A stretch of 50,112 bases of DNA from Girardia tigrina (Eukaryota), in NCBI GenBank assembly GCA_001938485.1, contig MQRK01217149.1, forward strand, positions 1 through 50,112, read 5' to 3'. Below the pieces are notes generated by a model. The model searched no databases and had not been told where the DNA came from. It saw nothing but the letters and a program-made list of their open reading frames with translations. Shown piece after piece: positions 1 to 23,426 of this stretch (position 1 is its first letter; each line of letters opens with the position of its first letter). A program made the position numbers and the translations under genes.

Positions 1-347
1 CCGGGGGGGGGGTTGTGTGTCGAATGCCCATTTTCCCCCTACTCTCGAATTGAATTATTTTATCACATATTATATTACTGTAAAATAAGTCGGCAACAGC
101 TCAGTTGCTTATATACTTGTTTGAAAATTTCTAAATTTATGAATGTAATTGGTGCATTGAAACAAAAGTATAATTTTCTTAGTAGGCCATAACATTTTTG
201 AAATATATTTCTCATTTAAAAGTGGCCAGAAACGTTTGTGATACCCTAATGTAGAGTATTTTTAACATTTTAATTATAGCTTTCGTGTCATAATTTTTAT
301 TTTTGTAAAAATTTTATACTTAAAATTGATTTTAAATGAAATTTCAG

Positions 348-579
348 GATAATATGTAATTCCAAAGACCTGGAAGAAATCGATTTATTCGGAAACGACA
401 TCGGTGATCTTGGTTCCAGACAATTATTAGAAGGTTTAATTATTAGGAAAGCTAATAAACTACCTCAAATAGGATTGAGAGTTGGACATCGTATTAATCA
501 AGATACTTTTGATCTTATCAGTAAACTTGCTCCAGGAGCAAAGAAAAAGAAAAAAGGAAAAGGAAAAGGAAAAAAATAA
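348..579 (+). CDS. Terminal exon of a host leucine-rich-repeat (RNI-like LRR) protein gene; upstream exons lie outside the window
   Basis: Acceptor tttcAG at 346-347. Frame from 349 reads IICNSKDLEEIDLFGNDIGDLGSRQLLEGL...APGAKKKKKGKGKGKK* (LxxIxLxxNxIGDxG LRR motif, basic tail). TAA at 577-579 overlaps/precedes AATAAA motifs. Confidence 0.7.
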
Positions 580-595
580 ATAAATAAAAATGTTG

Positions 596-898
596 TGTAA
601 CGGGATTTCATGTTTCTAACTAGGAAGGTTAGATAATGACGACAATTGTGATTGGGTTAGGATTTTAAATTGCTCATGTTATATAAGTGACAATATCCAG
701 TGTATATAAAATGTATTAGATCATCAATAAACGAAATCTAAATGCTTCTTAATCGACTTAGTGTGAATAATTTATGTTTATATTTATATATCTGTTGGTG
801 TGAGAGCAGGCGCAGTGCGGTCGCGGTGTCCCGGGGTTGGGAAATCAGTGTTTCCGAGACGAGGGGGGAAAGAAAGACTTATCTCACCATTTGTAACA
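596..898. mobile_element. Possible solo LTR
   Basis: Begins TGTAAC and ends TGTAACA, with a TATA-like gtatataaaa (~702) and AATAAA (~726). No clean TSD seen. Confidence 0.3.
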
Positions 899-3439
899 TA
901 AAATTTTTCTATGGCCTTTTTTATTGGTGTAATCGGTAATAAGTTCTCAGCGACATTAATTTTTTCACGCAACTCGTTTTCAGATAATTCCAGCAATTTA
1001 AAAGTGTCATTCAAACGCAATCTGTTGTAATTATCAATCGATTCCAGATCTTTATTGTCGTCATAATCAAGTAGCATCAAATTGCGCGATTCATGCCATT
1101 GGTTTTTTTACTGACATTCGAATTTTCAGCCAATTCATTTCTGATGGGATTCTCACTAACCACTCGACAATCCGGATCGTTTCATTCACTCATTATTAAT
1201 ACATGTTGTTTTGAATTTCGCTCCAAATTTTCGATCGCAGGAACAACCGTCTTTTTTACCAATTCACAATCAATTTATTAAACCAAATACTGACAACTAA
1301 TCTCAAATTTATTTAGAATGAAATCGAACAAAAATCTTCAACATTTTTCACGCAATATCAAATCATTAACAATTACCATTTCAATTAATTAATTTTGATG
1401 TGCGTAAATTGTCAATTTTGAAAGAATCATTGGCATTGAGTTGCGAGACATCTTCGTTCATATTAATTGATGCTTCATTGAAATTAGAATTCAATAATTT
1501 GATTTGAATTTTTAAATTTCGACATTTTTCACTAATTTTGACAAGAAATTCCGATAAATCATCTTCAAAAATTTTTTTAAACGATAGACAAAGATAAATT
1601 CAATATTCTACTTTTGAAAATTCCAAATAATATTTTGGTTTCCATGATGGAACCTCAATTTGATAGAGTTGCAACTCGGGACGAATCGAATCAAAGTTTC
1701 ATTTTTCGTATTATTACTTGACTCATTTTCGCAACATTTCTTCAATTTTGTTTCACGATTGTTATGTAATGAATTTTTATTTTTTTTAGGGGTTTACTTC
1801 GATATCGGCACCCAATGTCAATCGAACAATATCTGTTCATTTTCATGTATGTTTAAATTGCTAAATTGAAACTTTCTTTGAGGTAAACCTTCGGAGAGTG
1901 TTAGAAATTATTGACGGTTTTATAATTATATTTGCATTGCTTGAATCAAATATCATATGTGACCAGGAATAATTTTGACCCTTTTCAGCTCTATTTTAAA
2001 TTTAATTTGTATGATTTTATTTTACTCTAATATTTATTAAGTAAAATACAAAAATATTGTTTTATTTAAAAGTATTGACGTTTTATGAAAAGATCAACCT
2101 TTACTGCAGCGGCAGACGTCATGATAATTTCCAAAACATAAAAAAGGTGTGTGGGAAATTTTATGCGAAATTAAGAATTAGCTTTGGAGAAATGCAAATA
2201 TAAAATTATCTTCTATACATACTTCGCGAAATCTACCAATTTTGTACCACTATCTATCGTTATGCAGATTACTTCCAATTAAAAACTTTGGGAAGAATTG
2301 GATGACAACCTACTTCGAAATGACTGGCATATCACATAAAGTGGTCCTTTGTATTTATTGATCCATCAACTAAAGACGCTATGCTTTTTGGCTACAGCTC
2401 AACAAAAATAACTGAGAAAATCTACGTTTATGTTGATTAGAAAAAGCTAGTCCTGCTGACAAAAAAAGAACTCCTCAACTGTTTTCAGGAAGAAACTTAG
2501 GTTTAGTTGGAACCAATTTTGACAAAGATGGAAATTAAGACCTTGGTTTCGTCCGATGAGAAGCAGATCATGGCTGTCAGGCAATACCTTACACCTGGAA
2601 ATACTGAATTACCCCTGAATTTCACCCATAACAATAAATTTTCTTAGCAGTAAGATAAGCAGGTTAACATTAAATTGTGATTACTTCATACTCTTTTTAT
2701 GAAAAATTGTTCTCTAAATCAAACAGGACTTTGAGAAATGATAAGTGTCCTATTTGTACATGTATAATCAGTTGCTATTATTGTAAATGTAAAACACTGA
2801 TGTGTAAATAAACTTTCATTGATGAGGGGAAAATTCCACTCTTCATGTGTTACGACGAATACCCCGATCAGTTGGCAGCTGGTATATGACTACCACGGAA
2901 ACTTTGTTATTCTTATTTTTTCGTCTTTTGTTGAAAATTTAATAAGTCTCAATAATTTCTAGTCACACAAAATATTTATAAAGTATAAAACTGTCAAATT
3001 GTTTTGAAATATTTGATTGTTTAATAAAAAACATAAATTATTGCAAAAGAAATCTTATCAAATCTTATCTTTCAAAATTGATTTGAGAGAAAAAATATTT
3101 GTTTGTATTTCTTTTATTTGAAAAATTGGAAAGCTTTTTGTATCTCAATGGTTTTACGTTGGTAATTAAATTGTTCTCAAACAAGAACTTCGACCACGTT
3201 CAAATTGTAAAAAAAGTAGAAATGTCAAATACTTTGATTTATTTGTTTAAATTTTATTTAAAATATCAATGAAACAAACTCTAAAAGTTCAAAATTAAAT
3301 CACATCAACATTTCGATAATTATAAATTTTTCAATTTTAAAAAGTTCAGAAATAAAATATGTTTCGACTTAATTCCGTTTGGAACGGCTATATGGTTAGG
3401 AATATCAATTTCCCCGAATCCACTTTAACATGTCATTAA

Positions 3440-3923
3440 CCGTTTATATGCGGACCCCATTAAACCTTTGCCTTTCGTGTTAAAACTTTTAAAACAATCT
3501 ATATATGCTCTAACTAAGAAAATTATGTGGTTAATTCAGCGACCCAATCAATACCGAGAGAGAATAATAGGTGTCCTTTTTATAGGACAGCCATATTATT
3601 AGAGTACTAAACTTTTTAATACACAGCAATAATATAAAAAACACGCATCACTAAGCTATTGAAGATGAAGGATGAAGAGTTACAGAACACTGAATGCACT
3701 TAAATTTTGCCTTCTGGTGGCATTCTATCTTTTTTTGTCAATAACTTTTTGTCATCAAATGGAGCAGAAATATAGGCTTGTTTACGTGACGTACTGATAT
3801 CAATAGAAAGAGAAATGCTTGCTTAATCAGAAAATCGTGTTTAAGTGAAAAAATATAGTAGTAGGTCACGACTACTGTCATTTATATGAGTGTCCTTTAA
3901 AAAGGACAGCCGCATGAAAACGG
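3440..3923. mobile_element. piggyBac-type non-autonomous element (MITE)
   Basis: TTAA at 3436-3439 and 3924-3927. TIRs CCGTTTATATGCGG / CCGCATGAAAACGG. The internal palindromic motif gtgtcctttnnanaggacagcc is repeated at ~3571 and ~3890. Confidence 0.7.
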
Positions 3924-3949
3924 TTAATACCTATTTTAAGATTAAACAT

Positions 3950-4980
3950 TCCAATTTCCATATTTATTGTTATGAATTACCTGGTGAAATAATTAGATTT
4001 TGTGTAAGTGTACGAAGAAAGAGTCTGTACACTTATTTCACTCCATGCATGAAGAATTGCTGCTTTCAACTCAGTCACTGTCTGATACTGGCGATTATGA
4101 TGATGAACCCGACGGACTAAGTTTCGCGACGGGTTCTCTATGGGGTTGCAGTCCGGCGAACAAGCTGGTCAGTCCAACACGGCAATATTTTTCTCCAAGA
4201 GTCAAGCTTTGGTGCTTCTACAGCGATAGACGCTGGCATTGGCTGGGAAAATCATCCCCCGTCGTTGATAATGTCGAATAAATGGAAGGATGCTTTCTTT
4301 GAGTACGCACTGATATTCCTCACTATCCATTTTGGACGAAGGAAAGGACAATGGAAGTGTTACTTCCTTGCAGAAGGCTCCACATACCATCACACTACCG
4401 CCACCAACATTTCTGCGAGAAAAAAACTTAGGTTCCTTACGCAGGTCACGCCAATACCCATTCACTCGATCAGAACCGTCCAAGGTGAATTTTTTTTCGA
4501 CGCTAAATATCACTTAGCAAAATAAAAATATGAGAGGACTGCATGAATTAGCGTGAAAGTCTGAAAATCATGAAAAAACTTACTTTAGCCCAATCGCGAC
4601 CTATGTTGACTGGGCAGAAATCAAGTCTGGCTGCTTTATGGAGATCCTTTAGACAAGGAGCAAGTTTCATCTTTGATGTAATGATATTTGAATTGCGTTT
4701 AAGTGCTCTTCAGATGGTCATATGACAGACATCCAGATTCAGCTCATTTTTAAGTTCTAAACAACCCTTATATGTGTTTGAGGCAGCATCAACTATTCGC
4801 CGCTGAGCACGCAATGAGAGCTTCCTCTTTCGCTCGATGGGTTTTGTCACACAATACTGCTGAGAATTTCTCAAATAGTTGCGCACAACTTGATCTGATC
4901 AGGAAATTCGTCTGATTATTTCTTTTTTAGACAGGTTTTCCATACGCAATGCCATGATTCGCCCTTTTCATACTCAGACA
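3950..4980 (-). pseudogene. Degenerate Tc1/Tc3-type DDE transposase
   Basis: Broken frames give an N-terminal HTH (EYEKGRIMALRMENLSKKEI..), IFS(V)EKKFTLDG..YWRDLRK..SRRNVGGGSVMVCGAF and VLD*PACSPDCNPIEN; contains stops and frameshifts. Confidence 0.85.
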
Positions 4981-5359
4981 ATTGTTTATTCGAAATTATT
5001 CGAATAATCATGATTAAAAACAGAAATAAGAAAACCAATTAGAACGATGGCAAACGATGAAAGACCTTCTGAGAGTCTTAATGACTCTAAATGTAATTGC
5101 AATAAAGATTTAAATGAGACTTGTTTAAATGTTCTTAATAATATCAACATTGAGAAGATTAGCACAAATATATCCTAGTTATACTGAATTCATGCAGCCA
5201 TAAGAAGTGACACGATAAGCAAAGAAGTGTTCTGTCACTCATCGTCCCACAATAATCCAAAAATTGAAATTCCAAGAATCAAAATCCAATTAAATCGCAA
5301 CCAGCAATTTAAAAAAAATCTATAATTAAAAATGATTTGATTTTGTTTTTAAACATGTA

Positions 5360-5977
5360 TAGGCTGTGTCGTAAAAAACGGCGTTTTCTCTGAATCATCG
5401 TATAGCCAGGGGGTGATCAAATCCAGACAGCTCGAATAAGTCCTATCGAGAAAAAGTTTATGGCCAATGTCGCAGTGAGTGTTTATGGCCAACACTACTT
5501 CAAGGTTCTTGATCGAGACCAAAGTGTTGATTCTAACCTCTATATCACTTTTCTCAATGAAATGGAAGCCAGCTTCTCAAATTCCAGGTTCATCTATCCA
5601 ATACGAATGCAAGACATGCATCTCATTCACGACAATGCGCGATCACATGAATCCCAATCAATGAAAACTTACTTGCAGAACAAAGGTGTGAAGATGCTGA
5701 AGCAGCCGCCGTATTTACCAGACTGCAATCTATGCAACCATTACATCTTCCCACGTTTGGAAGCGCTTATAAAAGACAAGTATGAAACAAAAGAAAAATT
5801 GGAGGAATATCTTCGACACCACTTGCCCACATTTCATGGAGAAAGGATGAAAGGGTCTGTTGAAAATATGTGTATGGACCTACAATGGACCTCTATTCTT
5901 GAGAAAGGAGGAGATTATCTATAGTGTTTATATTAATACACGTATTTAAAAAACGTTGTTTTTTACGACACGGCCTA
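5360..5977 (+). mobile_element. Internally deleted mariner (DD34D) element with both TIRs
   Basis: TA-flanked TIRs taggctgtgtcgtaaaaaacggcgtttt / aaaacgttgttttttacgacacggccta. ORF 5460-5924 has LIHDNARSH...PPYLPDCNLCN, with 34 residues after the second D and the third D replaced by N. The N-terminal half is missing. Confidence 0.85.
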
Positions 5978-7253
5978 TAGTAAAATTCGGGAGGCACGTT
6001 TTAAATAAAAATTTAACCATTAATTCTTGAAATTCAATATTTATTTAAGACATGATGATTTTCAAGAAACACAAATCGTCTCGAGTGACTTTTTTATCAT
6101 ATTTTGGACCTCAGCCGTAGGGCCATGGTTACAACCAATTATGCAGAAACTTTATGGCTTGGTTTTTTTATTTAGTAGACTACTAGTAACATGGATTAGC
6201 TTGACATTATAAATTTCCTGATAAAAGATATTTTATTCGCAAAAACATTTTGTCGTGTGATTCTGTTGTTTTTAATCTGTTTGTATCTCATGTTACTACT
6301 GCAGCCTTCTGTGGAACTGCCGACTGAACCTCGTCGTCAAGAGAAGAAAGCCTATATCCAATAAGAAGCCTGGTTTACTTTCATCTGCTTGGTTGCTGAA
6401 AGCTGCTAGCAAAGCCTGTCGTCTTTAATGTATTTACAGAGGATCCATTGGACGAACTTTCGACCATTACAACGTTCATAGTACGTGGATGTTTCGTGAT
6501 CCCTTTGAGTGGTTGTTGAAGCATTGAATTGGTTCCCAAATTCATTTAAAGATATATTGATGGCAACGCGGCTGCTTTATTTTTCTGGTAAAGTCGTTCA
6601 TTCAGAGCTAATTGTCTCTCGGATTTTACGAAATCTCCAGAACTCATAGAAAGAGAAATTGAATTAAGAGAACTGATATCGAAGTAATGATCGATCTTTT
6701 TTACAGATTATTATATATACGCTAGTGGTGAAAAGAATGTACCACTGTGGAGTGCACTTGAGGCGGAGAATCATAACGTTGAAGGGGTCAACTGTCAACC
6801 AACCTCGACTAATGTTAAAAGATGATTTCCAATTCATGGAAGTATTTGGTGCAAAGATAGAAATTTTCTTCCCTAAATATAATATCACTATTTGCAAAGA
6901 ATCATAACAAAGAAGTAAGTGGTCTGGATTTACTCTTTTTTATGTTTTTAGGATTTTATTAATAGAAACAAAGTCAAAATACTGAAATAATAAAGCCTAA
7001 AAATATGTTTTAGTTCAATTCCACGTCCACTCTGTCTATAAGTTTAACTAAAATCATTTTTTTCAAACAATGACGTCCTTATTTTTAAATTTATTTTCTA
7101 AAATTAAAGTTCACTCTTAAGTCAATTAATTTTGATCTTTTTTATTTGAAATCCTCGAACATCAAACAAATAAACAAACAAAGGATATTTTAAATAAACG
7201 CCAACAATTTATTCAAAGATACGAAGCACGAGGGATAAAATCATAACCAAGTT

Positions 7254-19236
<11,983 letters not shown>

Positions 19237-19788
19237 TCTATTCAACAGGGTTATTAATGTATATTTAAATAATTCTGATTTTGAGGAAGTATTAAAACAA
19301 AATGATTTTAAACGAATTACTTAATTTTACATTTAATTAAAATTTGAATTTCAATATTTAGGATTTTTAATTGCAGTAATTTCACTAGAGAAATTTATTT
19401 CAGTTTATGATTTTTTTATTTTGTAATTTTGGTAAATTTTAGCGAATTATAAATTTTCGTAAATTGTAAAAAATTATAATTTTAATGATTTTGAATGTCG
19501 TAATCATTAAACACGTGGAATAGTGTTTTTTTTAACAAATTTGGAAATACCAATCTTTATTGATAATAAGGTGCAATACCAAGATTATTACTTGTAGAAT
19601 TTTATAATTCAAAATTGCTTTAAAATTACAATAAATGTAAATTACAAAATATAAGTATTAAATAGGAAATTTTATATTCAAAACGAAAAATTAATAGATA
19701 TTTTCAAAAATAAATTTAGATAATAATTTTTTCAAAATAAAATCATTTAAAAAATTATACTAGTGGTTTGGATAATTATACTAATGAT

Positions 19789-19869
19789 CAGGGCTGCGGA
19801 GTAGGACTAAAATTGCCCGTTTCCAACTCTTTAATTTTTTAATTGTCCGACTCCGACTCCGCAGCCCTG
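19789..19869. mobile_element. 81-bp hAT-type MITE upstream of PSMC6
   Basis: 14-bp perfect TIR CAGGGCTGCGGAGT; 8-bp TSD ctaatgat / ctaatgac. Confidence 0.8.
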
Positions 19870-20299
19870 CTAATGACTTGGAAATGGTATTAAATTTGAA
19901 ATTAATTCTTCAATGTTTTGTAATATCAAAATTAATTTATTTTTCAGAGTATGACTCCTATTCTAGTAAGTTTTACAATATTCGCAGAGCTTTTCTGCCA
20001 GCTTGTCTCTTTGTTATTGTTTCAGTAAAAGTTTATGTTGTATATATTAGCGCCACAATGCCTGTACAGAGTATGTATGTACGTGTATGTGTACACACAC
20101 TTACTCTATTTATATTCTGCCTTCTTCATTTATATTTATATATGCATGCACACATACACTCCCACTACGTGTATGCATATGGAAATGTCAGTGGTATTTC
20201 CAATGTCTATTTATAGTACTTAAATTATTAGTGGTGGAAGAGTGTGATTTATAAGTGTGAACTTGTGCCTTGTCAAATTTAGAATAGAAGGAATATGCG

Positions 20300-20740
20300 G
20301 AGCAAAAGAAACATAAATTAACATGGACAGATTCATGTGAGCAAACTTTTCAGGAACTAAAAAAAGCGCTTGTAAGAGCATCAATTTTGACAAAAGTTTA
20401 TTTTGGACACAGAGGCTAGCTTTTACAGAATTGGAGCAGTATTATCACAGGTGGGCAAAACCGGACGAGAACATGTTATGGCGTACGAGTCGCAGTCCAT
20501 GAGGGCACATGAGAAAAGGTATTGTATATCGAGGAAGGAATTGTTAGCCATTTATAATTGCTGTCAACATTTTAATCATTATTTGTATAACAAAAGATTT
20601 AAACTGAAGACGGACCATAAAGGCATCACCTTTATGCTTCATACAAAGAAACCGATAATCGTTCAGTTCCAAACATGGATAACTTACCTAAGTAGTTTAG
20701 ATATAGAGATGGTATACAGTAATGAGAATTACATGGAAAT
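20300..20740 (+). pseudogene. Ty3/gypsy RNase H remnant
   Basis: WTDSCEQTFQELKKAL..; LDTEAS..IGAVLSQ...EKRYCISRKELLAI...YLYNKRFKLKTDHK. Confidence 0.88.
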
Positions 20741-20953
20741 GCAGACAATAATAATAACAATAATTAATAATAATTGTTACAGCCTTTCTTCTTTATTCGC
20801 CCTTTTCCTTTAAGTGATTTTTTTGTCACCTTTCTTAAAATATCTTCCTTTTTTTATAAGCTTTTTTCAGATTCTTATTCTTTTTATTTATAATTTTATT
20901 ATACTTGTTTACTTTTTTTACATAAATGTCATATTATTTTATCCATAATATTT

Positions 20954-21326
20954 ATATAAATTATTGGATGAAAATAACTTTATTTCACTTTTCCTTAAAA
21001 TTAAGAAAAATGCACTAAATGTAATCAATCTCATTCTCGCAAACCAACCATTGGCAGCTATCAATTGCCATTTGAGAAAACTATATGTTTTCTCTATCGT
21101 TCCGTACTTTACAATGTAACGGAGACATATGATAAAGATGACAACTAACAGCTGTTGTGCTGTTACCTTGTAAAGTACGCAACGATAGAGAAAACATATC
21201 GTTTTCTCAAATGGCAATTGATAGCTGCCAATGGTTGGTTTGTGAGAATGAGATTGATTGAATTTAGTGCATTTTTCTTAATTTTAAGGAAAAGTGAAAT
21301 AAATTTATTTTCATCCAATAATTTAT
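20954..21326. repeat. Long near-perfect palindrome (~165-bp arms, ~41-nt spacer)
   Basis: 20954-21120 is the reverse complement of 21162-21326; the ORF track gives near-identical peptides on both strands. Confidence 0.9.
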
Positions 21327-21809
21327 TGGATAAATTTTATTTATTTTCGGCAAGTTTCCATATAGTGTACCTGCTTGGTACATTTTGTGACCTGATGATG
21401 GGATTTTTATTATCTCTATTGGGTTCTTGCTCAAAAGACATTTTCATGAACACAAAATTTATTTTTATAACAATTTGAATTTTTTAAACAAATATTTTTG
21501 AGGAACTTTTGTACTTTTTTTACACAACCAATATAAATAAAAATAGATATAAATAAAAATATGGTTAGTATATTTTTTACAAATTAAAATTCAATATTTC
21601 CTTAATAAAAAATAGTGAATTAAAATTTTGTCACAAAGATTTTGTTGCGTCTTTTATTAATTTTTCAATTTTATGGAACATTTAAATTTTCCTGTTTCTC
21701 AATTACATTTTTAAAAAAAATTAAAATCGCATTTTTTATTTAAGTCGATTTAATGGTTCTACAATTATTTTTTACTTTCAATTTTAATTTCCAAAAAAAT
21801 TATAATTAC

Positions 21810-22560
21810 ATTTTGGCATTGAAGAAAATCAAAAAGAACAAATGGAGCGTATTAAAAATAGATTAAAGGACCATCTTTATTATATTATCTCTGACGAAAG
21901 CGTGATAAATGGCGATAAATATGTTGATCTTTTCGTAGGAAAACTGGAGGATCAGAATGAAGCATTTTTAGTTGATGTAAAAGTCTTGCCGAAATGCAAA
22001 AGTTTTTTTCTGAATTTATAGATGATGTAATCAGAGATTATAAGTTGAAAAAAGATAATTTTCGTCTGCTCGTTACTGATTCTGTTAATTATATGAAATA
22101 TAGCGGCGATCGACTGAAAGTAATGTACTCAAATATGAAACACATCAATTGCTTCATACACATTCTCCACAATTGTGTGTTAAAAATTAAGTCCAAGTAC
22201 ACTAAAGTCGATGGCATCATTGGAGCAATGAAAATGTTAGTCCATAAAAATGCAACCAGAAAGCAAATGATTTCGTCAATAGGAGCAATTCCAGAGCCAA
22301 TAATCACGAGTATGGTACTTGGATGATGACTACCCTGTTTTATGCTGAAAATTTTGAAGACATTTAGGTGGTAGATGATGAATGGTATACTGTTTACGAA
22401 CGCACAATGATCAATTGTTGTCGAGGGTTTAAGAATTGCATCAGATATTAAGTTCGATGAAGATGATTTGAATTTGAAACAATACATCATTACTTGGGCA
22501 ACCAAAATGCAAATTTTTGCAAAAAATGTGCATATTTCGCTTGAAAATATGTGTATAATT
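21810..22560 (+). pseudogene. Degenerate DUF659/hAT-like transposase
   Basis: IISDES, LLVTDSVNYMKYSG..LKVMYSNMKHINCFIHILH (CxxH) and PEPIIT..; frameshifted. Confidence 0.7.
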
Positions 22561-23426
22561 TTGGTTGTCCTAGTGATCACTGATAACAGACTTTATTGTG
22601 TAATACTGTTACATATTTAATACAATCAATTAATATTAATAATATCAAATTCGCATATTTAATGTTTATTAAGATAAAAACAAGTTAATAAAAAGTCTAG
22701 TGACAATTTAAGCGCAATTTCCTTATGTTATTAGGTGCCCAAATATTAAAACGTTTATATCAGTATTTGACTATGATTAATTTTTTGTGACCGAACGAAA
22801 GGATATTTTTGAAAACTTTCTTCGGCAATATTGTTCTAAATTATTGCAGGAANNNNNNNNNNNNNNNNNNNNNNNNNNNNNNNNNNNNNNNNNNNNNNNN
22901 NNTAAATGTTTCAAGTCGCTAAGTGGTCTGGTTGCCGAGATATAGGCCAAAAACTGCATTTTTTCGAGGTTTTTTGGCTTTTCCGGGAAATCCAGGAAGG
23001 AATTCCGGGAATTTTTTTGGCACACAATCATCCTCTGAACTTGCTTAACATATTTGCTTTTGGAACTAGCCCTCGATATTGCTTCGTTGAGGAGGAGATA
23101 CGACTTAAAGCTGCGGACACACATCCATCCACACAGAAATAACCAATTAATAATCGCAATTGTCAGTATGGAAATTGTGCTAAAAAAGTAATTATTCATA
23201 TATAAAATAATTTTCTTTTTTAATTTTTTTCTTTAAACTATAAAATTACATCAAAGCTAGTTTATAAAAAAATTTCTTTATATTTACTGACAATATTAGT
23301 TTAATTTCACATTAGAAAATCTTTTTTTTATTTATATCATTTCATCATTTAATCTCGATTTATTTTTGTTTTACGGAATCATTTTTCATTCACTTTTAAA
23401 TTCCAATAAAGAAAAATTCAAATTCG

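Noticed and set aside
2190-2600. Possible second Tc1-like fragment (VSSDEKQ)
   Set aside because: Too degenerate to support beyond one short motif.
20939-21478. Pair of similar ORFs on opposite strands
   Set aside because: A by-product of the DNA palindrome; no protein motifs.
22800-23160. GC-richer segment resembling a non-autonomous Helitron-type repeat
   Set aside because: Single copy in the window, broken by a gap, ends undefined; its ORFs lack motifs.
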